Positions 57,535 through 64,000 of a stretch of 64,000 bases of DNA are shown here, piece by piece. Source of the DNA: Acidobacteriota bacterium (GTDB lineage Bacteria > Acidobacteriota > UBA6911). Every line of letters begins with the position of its first letter. The first letter of the stretch is position 1. The stretch spans positions 6,016,001 to 6,080,000 of the forward strand of contig OY761556.1 in NCBI GenBank assembly GCA_963664705.1. Reading direction: 5' to 3'. Under the pieces are notes generated by a model that was not told the origin of the DNA, ran no database searches, and saw nothing but the letters and a program-made list of their open reading frames with translations. Position numbers and translations under genes: made by a program.

Positions 57535-57675
57535 GATAACCGCGATAACCGCGAAGACCGCAAAGAAAATATTTTGGTAGGCTTTGCGCTTATCGGTCTC
57601 GCCAGATCATTCATTACACTATGTAATTGCCCGGCAGCAAAAAGATCCTTGCGGTCTTCGCGGTCTTTGCGGTTC
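57535..57675. repeat. Inverted pair of nonamer tandem repeats
   Basis: GATAACCGC GATAACCGC GAAGACCGC AAAG vs CTT GCGGTCTTC GCGGTCTTT GCGGTT, ~80-bp spacer, between convergent genes. Confidence 0.75.
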
Positions 57676-57689
57676 GCATAAGTCCGGTT

Positions 57690-58910
57690 CTATTCATAAC
57701 GAAGGGCTTCGATCGGGTCGAGCTTTGATGCCTTCAGCGCTGGATACCATCCGGCCGCGATCCCGATGCCGGCCGCAAAGGAAAAGGCTACGCCGATCGC
57801 AGTTGTTGAAATCAATGTTGGCCAGCCGAGCGAATCCGAGATCAGTTTGGACGCAACCGATCCAAGGATGATCCCCAGTACTCCTCCGAATATGGCCAGC
57901 ACGACCGCTTCCGCCAGGAACTGGAATTGGACATCTCCGCCGGTTGCGCCGACCGCCATCCGGATGCCGATTTCCCGCGTGCGTTCGGTGACTGAGACCA
58001 GCATGATGTTCATTACACCTATTCCGCCCACGATCAGGCTGACCAGCGCAATACTTGCCAACAGGAGTGTCATTACCTGGTTTGAGTTGTTGGCCAGCTC
58101 CGCCATGTCCGCAAGGTTGCGAACCTGAAAATCATCCTCCTCGCTGCGCGCTATGCGGTGCCGCTGTCGCAGAAGATCTGAGATCTCAGCCTGGGCTGTT
58201 GAGGAAGCTTCCTCGGTCACGGCAGACACCATGATGCTGTTGACGAATGTGATCCCCAGCATTTTTTTCTGTACGGTTGTATACGGCGCAATAATAGTGT
58301 CGTCCTGGTCCTGGCCCATTCCGCTCTGGCCTTTTGGTTTGAGTACTCCGACGATTCGCCATGGCATGTTGCGCATGCGGATCTCCTGGCCGATGGGATC
58401 TGATCCGGCGAAGAGATTATCCGCCACGGTTTTTCCCAAAACACAGACTCGCTGTGCCGTCAAAACATCCTGCGTGGTGAAGAAGGATCCCTTTTCAACC
58501 TCCCACAAGCGGATTTCGGGAAAATGCGTGTCATAGCCTTGAATATTTGTAAACCAGTTCTGGTTTCCATATACGACGGATGCGCTTGTGCGGACGAGCG
58601 GCGACGCGTACTTTACAGCCGGACACTCGCGCTCAATAGACTGGGCATCGTCAACCGTCAGGTGACTTGTTGTACCCAGTCCCATGCGAACTCCACCGGA
58701 GTTGAGCGCGCCCGGCGTGACAAACAGCATGTTGCTTCCGGTGCCTGCAATCTGCTGCGCGATGGTTCGCTGTGCGCCCTGCCCGACACTGACCATGGCG
58801 ATGACGGCTCCAACGCCAATAATGATGCCCAGCATGGTCAGCACGGAGCGCATTTTATTTCTGCTTAATGCCTTTACCGAGACGCGGAATATGGTGAGCA
58901 AGAGTATCAT
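57690..58910 (-). CDS. MacB/FtsX-family ABC transporter permease
   Basis: [49 protein letters not shown]. Confidence 0.94.
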   Translation of the reverse strand: MILLLTIFRVSVKALSRNKMRSVLTMLGIIIGVGAVIAMVSVGQGAQRTIAQQIAGTGSNMLFVTPGALNSGGVRMGLGTTSHLTVDDAQSIERECPAVKYASPLVRTSASVVYGNQNWFTNIQGYDTHFPEIRLWEVEKGSFFTTQDVLTAQRVCVLGKTVADNLFAGSDPIGQEIRMRNMPWRIVGVLKPKGQSGMGQDQDDTIIAPYTTVQKKMLGITFVNSIMVSAVTEEASSTAQAEISDLLRQRHRIARSEEDDFQVRNLADMAELANNSNQVMTLLLASIALVSLIVGGIGVMNIMLVSVTERTREIGIRMAVGATGGDVQFQFLAEAVVLAIFGGVLGIILGSVASKLISDSLGWPTLISTTAIGVAFSFAAGIGIAAGWYPALKASKLDPIEALRYE

Positions 58911-59713
58911 AGCTCCTCCGCCGGCGGCAGACTGGCCAGAACGGCCGCCGCATTGCGTCGGGTCTGGACAATCTGGTCGCGTTTGACGCGCCCGTCGCGA
59001 AAATAGATCACGCGCCGGGCGAATTCAGCTATATCGGGTTCGTGCGTCACCAGGACAATGGTCAGGCTCTCCTTTTCGTTGAGCTGCTGGAAGATATCCA
59101 TGATCTCGATGCTGGTGCGGCTGTCGAGGTTTCCCGTTGGTTCATCCGCCAGAAGTATTGACGGGTGATTGACAAGGGCGCGGGCTATCGCCACGCGTTG
59201 CTGCTGTCCGCCCGAAAGCTGAGATGGAATATGGTCCACGCGATTCCCTAATCCGACCTTTTCCAGTGCGGCGCGTGAGAGCCTGTGCCGGTCGGCGGCT
59301 CGCATGGAGGCATAGATCAGAGGCAGTTCAACATTTTCCAGAGCGGAAGTGCGACTCAGCAGATTGAATCCCTGGAAAACAAATCCCACATGTCTGTTGC
59401 GGATGTGTGCCAGATCCACTCGCGAAAGCAGGGCGACGTCAGTACTTTCCAGCAGGTAGGTTCCTTCCGTCGGTTTGTCGAGGCACCCCAATAGATTCAT
59501 GAAGGTCGATTTTCCGGAACCGGAAGCGCCCATGATGGCGACAAACTCTCCCCGGCAGATCTCGAGGGAAACGCCGCGCAGTGCATGAACCTTCATATCC
59601 CCCATTTCATAGGTCTTGTGAAGATTTTCTACCCTGATTACGGTTTCGAGATTCCTGTCGGTCGCATCCTGCGCTTCTTCGTCAAGGAGCTGCCGTGCAT
59701 ATTGTGTGCTCAT
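58907..59713 (-). CDS. ABC transporter ATP-binding protein (MacB/LolD type)
   Basis: [32 protein letters not shown]. Confidence 0.95.
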   Translation of the reverse strand: MSTQYARQLLDEEAQDATDRNLETVIRVENLHKTYEMGDMKVHALRGVSLEICRGEFVAIMGASGSGKSTFMNLLGCLDKPTEGTYLLESTDVALLSRVDLAHIRNRHVGFVFQGFNLLSRTSALENVELPLIYASMRAADRHRLSRAALEKVGLGNRVDHIPSQLSGGQQQRVAIARALVNHPSILLADEPTGNLDSRTSIEIMDIFQQLNEKESLTIVLVTHEPDIAEFARRVIYFRDGRVKRDQIVQTRRNAAAVLASLPPAEEL

Positions 59714-59735
59714 AGATCCTCCCTCTGAGAATGGC

Positions 59736-61235
59736 CTACCGCATGGGCCGGCCCATCGGCATTCCCCCCACGCCGCCCATTCCAGGCATACGCGTGGTCA
59801 TGGAGGTGTTTGAGCGGTTTCCCGCTAACTCAGTGCTCAGGATAACCTTGTCTCCTGCGTTCAGCTTTCCATCCGTGATTTCGGTCTGTACGCCATCCGT
59901 CAGGCCGGTTTTCACTACAACAGGGCGGATAAGATTGTCCGGGCCGACAACCCAGATCGGTATTCGCCTGCCTCGGCCCGAAGGCCCGTTTGCGGACTGT
60001 CCGGTCCGATTCACCATGTTTCCGCCGGAAGCACGATTGGCCGAAGAAAAGCCCATGGCATTGCTTCCTGCCGCCCGCTCTGAATTCGGAGCTCCTCCTT
60101 GTGCACGGTTTTGATAAAAGCCGTAAAATGTTTCCTCGCCCGCTCTTTTGAATGCATTGGCCATTTCGGTGTCCGATAGAGTCGGGCGGAAGCGAAGCGC
60201 CGCATTTGGGATTCGGAGCACACTGTCGACCTTTTCAATGACGATCTTCACGTTGGCCGTCATCCCCGGCTTGAGGCGCAGATCTGGATTGGAGACGTCT
60301 ATTACCGCGTTATAGGTAACGACATTCTGAACAGTGGTGGCAGCCAGCCGAACCTGCCGGATGGTGCCGTGGAATGTCTCGCCCGGATATGCGTCCACTG
60401 TGAAGCTGGCCTCCATCCCAGGTTTGAGTTTGCCGACATCCGCCTCATCGGTATTGGTGACAACCTGCATCTTGGTCAGGTCTTCCCCTATCGTGAACAT
60501 GGTTGGAGTAGAGAAGCTTGCGGCCACCGTTTGACCGCGATCGACATTGCGGGAAATGACCGTTCCGGAAATCGGACTTGTAATGATCGTGTGCTCCAGA
60601 TTTACCTGGGCATTCTTCAGATTGGCGTGCGCCTGGTCTAAACGCGCCTGGTCGGCTTTCATTGCAGATTGAGTTGCATCCTGCTGGGCTTGCGTCGCAG
60701 TCAGCCCGGCTTTCGAGGCGTCCATGGAAGCCTGGGCTGAATCAAGATCATCCCTTGTTTCCAGGCCCTCGTCAAACAACTGCTTCGTCATGTTGTATTT
60801 TCGGGTGGTGTTGAGCAGGTCGACCTTTGCTTTTTCAATGTTGGCTTTTGCCGTGGCGGTTGCCGCAACATCGTTGTTGATAATGGCTTCATCGGTCTTC
60901 ACGTTAGCCTCTGCCTGATCCAACTGCGTTTGAAATAACGCCGGATCCAGTTTTGCGAGCACCTGGCCCTTTTTTACCTCGGAGTTAAAGTCGGCGTATA
61001 GTTCTGAAACGGTGCCGGATACCTGCGTCCCCACCGCCACCGTTGTTACTGCCGCCAGAGTCCCGGTCATCTCCACCTGGGTGATGACGCTTCCGCGATC
61101 GACGGTTCCGAAGATGTAGGCGATCTTTTCTGTTTTCGCGGTGAGAAATTCCCAGGCGCCAAATCCGCTGGACCCTATGACAAGGATCAGGCCCAGCCAA
61201 AGATATCGTTTTGCGTACCAACGGCGTGCAGACAT
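59736..61235 (-). CDS. MacA-like periplasmic adaptor subunit
   Basis: N-terminal TM; [39 protein letters not shown]. Confidence 0.92.
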   Translation of the reverse strand: MSARRWYAKRYLWLGLILVIGSSGFGAWEFLTAKTEKIAYIFGTVDRGSVITQVEMTGTLAAVTTVAVGTQVSGTVSELYADFNSEVKKGQVLAKLDPALFQTQLDQAEANVKTDEAIINNDVAATATAKANIEKAKVDLLNTTRKYNMTKQLFDEGLETRDDLDSAQASMDASKAGLTATQAQQDATQSAMKADQARLDQAHANLKNAQVNLEHTIITSPISGTVISRNVDRGQTVAASFSTPTMFTIGEDLTKMQVVTNTDEADVGKLKPGMEASFTVDAYPGETFHGTIRQVRLAATTVQNVVTYNAVIDVSNPDLRLKPGMTANVKIVIEKVDSVLRIPNAALRFRPTLSDTEMANAFKRAGEETFYGFYQNRAQGGAPNSERAAGSNAMGFSSANRASGGNMVNRTGQSANGPSGRGRRIPIWVVGPDNLIRPVVVKTGLTDGVQTEITDGKLNAGDKVILSTELAGNRSNTSMTTRMPGMGGVGGMPMGRPMR

Positions 61236-61630
61236 ATGCGTCCCCTTTCTTGCATTCGGGGCCGTTCTTCCTGGGCCCTTGGGAAGGACCCCCGAGCTTA
61301 CTGATAGTAGATACGGAAAAGAGGTATACTTATTTCAGGATTTTGCAGCGCTATGGCGTGAGAAATCTCTAATGAATACAGGCTAATAATAGGATATTGG
61401 AAATTGCATATTGAGATGGGTATTACTACGTAGGGTCGCTGAGAGCAAGGGAGAATCGGAGGGACACGGGGCTTTTTTGCGGCATGCCCAGGCGGCTTCC
61501 GTGTTCTCCGATTTTTTCCCCTGACTTGACCAAACCAGGCCACAGTTTTCGGATTATGCTGCAACTGGATCAGCGATTTATCAGCATTCCTGAAATTTGC
61601 GCCTTGGTTCTCTCCTAAACCGGGCGGCGT

Positions 61631-62449
61631 TTATGCGAAGACGATTTTGGGCATCTTCCTGTCAGGAAGTCTGTAGTACCTCGCGTCAGGATAGCCAATC
61701 ATCAGTGGGTAGTGATGCGGATAGGATTCAGGTATTCCCACCGCCTGTTTGACTGCCGGTGAATTGACCATGGCTCCCTGAAGCAATCCGGCCCAGCAGG
61801 TTCCCAATCCCATGGCAGGCGCAAGCAAGTCGAGGTAAGAGAGCGACAGCGTCAAGTCCACCATCCCGTTCATTGCTTCCCTGGGTGCGATGGCGATGAC
61901 AACGGCGGGTGCATCTCTGAGGACGGTATCCGATCCCGAATCCCAGCCGGCAACGACTCTTGGCAGATACGGGCTGGCGGCGACTATCTTCGGATCCTTT
62001 ACCAGTTCCCGAACCCAGGAGACGGCCTGGGCGGAGACCTCTCTAATTTTTTTGGAGTCGGTAAGGATGAGCCACTCGACCATTTGGCTGTTTCCACCGG
62101 TTGGGGCATAACGCGCGCCTTCAACAATCAGTTTTCGGATCTGAGCATCTTCCACAGGTTTTTTCAGAAAATGTCGGATGGAGCGGCGATTGCGGAGGAA
62201 CTGCAAGGCCTGCTGTTCGCTGATTCGAAGATCCTCCCGGATCAGAGGCGATGTTTCGATTGGGATTTTTTCATGGCTCAAAGCGCCGTGGGGACATGCT
62301 GCAACACAGTGGCCGCATTCCAGGCAGGTGGATCCGGGAATGATCTCCGGGTAGCCATCTTCCGGCAGCTGTATGATAACCGCGGGGCATTCCCGAACGC
62401 AGAAAGCATCGCGAGAGCATTTTGTTGCATCAATTTTAAGCAGTCCCAT
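61631..62449 (-). CDS. Nitroreductase family protein with N-terminal ferredoxin domain
   Basis: CSRDAFCVRECP, CLECGHCVAACP; RRSIRHF, YAPTGGNSQ, GLGTCWAG. Confidence 0.9.
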   Translation of the reverse strand: MGLLKIDATKCSRDAFCVRECPAVIIQLPEDGYPEIIPGSTCLECGHCVAACPHGALSHEKIPIETSPLIREDLRISEQQALQFLRNRRSIRHFLKKPVEDAQIRKLIVEGARYAPTGGNSQMVEWLILTDSKKIREVSAQAVSWVRELVKDPKIVAASPYLPRVVAGWDSGSDTVLRDAPAVVIAIAPREAMNGMVDLTLSLSYLDLLAPAMGLGTCWAGLLQGAMVNSPAVKQAVGIPESYPHHYPLMIGYPDARYYRLPDRKMPKIVFA

Positions 62450-62615
62450 AGTGTCTAGTGCCTCCAAGTCTCAGAAAAACCTGAGTGATATGCCGAAATT
62501 TATCGGTGAGGCAGAGCATAGTGAGGTCTGGCGCTATTGTCAAATCGTTACAAGGGTATTCATTTGCGAGGTTTTCTGCTAAGGTATCTGCTCACCATGA
62601 CCGATTGAACGAGAC

Positions 62616-62906
62616 ATGAATAGGCGAAATAGAACTCGATTTAAGACTGATCTAACGGTAACGGTTCGTTGTTCGGAGCTTCCGGGCGGCAGTGCCAAAG
62701 CCAGACTGGCGGATCTCTCCGTTCATGGACTAAGCCTTATTTTGCAGGATGAGCTGCCATCTTCCGCAGTGGTTCATGTAGAGTGGGGAACAGTGAAATT
62801 CACGGGCGAGGTGGTGTATAGCCGACCGCACAACCATGAGTTTCTTGTTGGGCTGAAGGTTGAAGACTCCGTTTACGAGACTGCAAGAAAGCACGCCAAC
62901 CAGTAA
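62616..62906 (+). CDS. Stand-alone PilZ domain protein
   Basis: RRNRTRF (RxxxR) and DLSVHG (DxSxxG). Confidence 0.8.
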   Translation: MNRRNRTRFKTDLTVTVRCSELPGGSAKARLADLSVHGLSLILQDELPSSAVVHVEWGTVKFTGEVVYSRPHNHEFLVGLKVEDSVYETARKHANQ

Positions 62907-63219
62907 TACCCATCCGAGCACCGCCATCCTGGTCATTGGGGCTGAACGGACTTTTTGCAGGTCATGTCTGTTGCCCGTGCTTCAGGCTCTTCCCAATTAC
63001 GGGTTTACGGCAATCTCTCCCTGGTGGCGTTTCTCTCCTTGAGCGGATGCTCAAGGACAGGTTCGGATTGAAACAACGTCACGAATCCATCGTATTTAGG
63101 AGCGCCCCATTGCGCGCGGATTTGGCTATGAAACTCCTAATCTCAATTTGCCGTTATCCTGCTGTTTCGGTGTACAATCGCCCTGTTCCAAGCGTAATCC
63201 ACGGCCCCAGGAGGTCCAG

Positions 63220-64000
63220 ATGAGAAAGCATCCCTACCGATCAGCCCTTCTTGTTGTGCTCTGTCTTTATGGGCTGATCCCTCAGGCACTCGTAACCGCT
63301 CAGACGAAAGAAGGCGCGTCGGCGCAAGCAGTTGATTCCAAAAGCAATACTCCCGGCTTTTTTCATGTATTCAATATTTTCCATGAAAAATCGGCTCCGC
63401 GATTGGTGCTTGAGAACTCTCCCCGAATCGAAAGCCTGATTCAGAACGGCAAACTTACTTTGACGCTTTCAGATGCCTTGGCTTTAGCGCTGGAAAACAA
63501 TTTGGACATAGCCGTTCAGCGCTACATCCCTGAGTTTTCGCAGACGGATCTCCTCCGAACCAAAGCGGGGCAGTCTCCCCGAGGGTTCACGGGAGGCTCG
63601 ACTCCGGGCGGGCTGACCGCGGGAGCTTTGGGCGCCGGCATTAGCGGGTCTGGCGCCGGATCGGGGGTCGGAAGTGCCGGCGGTATCACAGGGGGCGGCG
63701 GTGCGGTTCAGGTCGGGTCTTCGGGAAACTTTGATCCTACCTTGAACGTGAATTTCAGTTATGACCGCGTGACATCCCCACTGAACAGCAGCGTTGTGTC
63801 CGGTATCTATAATGTTTTTGGGCAGACCACGGCTTTTACGACGAGCTATGCCCAGCTTTTTGCTCCCGGCACAAGCTACTCCTTAACCCTGAATGGACAG
63901 CATTCGAGCTCGACTCAGCAAAACCTCCTTTACAATCCCACTTCCGTGACGCGATTTGCACTGGGCGTGAATCAACCGCTGCTCAATGGCTACGGTCGGC
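63220..64000 (+). CDS. TolC-family outer membrane protein, 3' truncated by window edge (absent from ORF track)
   Basis: AGGAGG SD, ATG 63220; signal peptide; NSPRIESLIQNGKLTLTLSDALALALENNLDIAVQRY, FDPTL, QPLL; frame open to window end. Confidence 0.85.
   Translation, partial: MRKHPYRSALLVVLCLYGLIPQALVTAQTKEGASAQAVDSKSNTPGFFHVFNIFHEKSAPRLVLENSPRIESLIQNGKLTLTLSDALALALENNLDIAVQRYIPEFSQTDLLRTKAGQSPRGFTGGSTPGGLTAGALGAGISGSGAGSGVGSAGGITGGGGAVQVGSSGNFDPTLNVNFSYDRVTSPLNSSVVSGIYNVFGQTTAFTTSYAQLFAPGTSYSLTLNGQHSSSTQQNLLYNPTSVTRFALGVNQPLLNGYGR

Noticed and set aside
61520-61531. CCTGACTTGACC, 12-bp match to the IS1634 TIR
   Set aside because: No partner end, TSD or transposase remnant visible; may be chance.

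Overview
64-kb bacterial chromosomal window, probably from an Acidobacteriota genome (inferred from two ~1450-aa Oar-type TonB-dependent receptors and an acidobacterial-type TolC). It is dominated by redox and energy genes: an aldehyde:ferredoxin oxidoreductase tail; a secreted UGSC-family protein split by an in-frame TGA in a UxxC motif (probable selenoprotein); a sigma-54-promoted three-gene NuoEFG/HydABC-like (Bfu-type) module whose NuoE subunit is fused to a receiver domain and which has no catalytic subunit; a tandemly duplicated TBDR unit with a conserved ~370-bp leader; an NtrC-type activator; rubrerythrin; an alternative complex III plus type A2 heme-copper oxidase operon; a lone HydE; a fused NfnAB; malic enzyme; and a MacAB-like exporter. 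A nested mobile island at 39.55-43.46 kb holds a two-ORF IS (winged-helix protein plus YREK DDE transposase, 14-bp TIRs, 13-bp TSD) inserted in a palindrome of a REP-like foldback, next to an IS1634-family element, all between 22-bp direct repeats. Intergenic spaces carry several families of 7-mer and 9-mer tandem repeats, often as inverted pairs. No rRNA, tRNA or CRISPR array was recognised. All product calls come from motif recognition by eye; no database searches were run.
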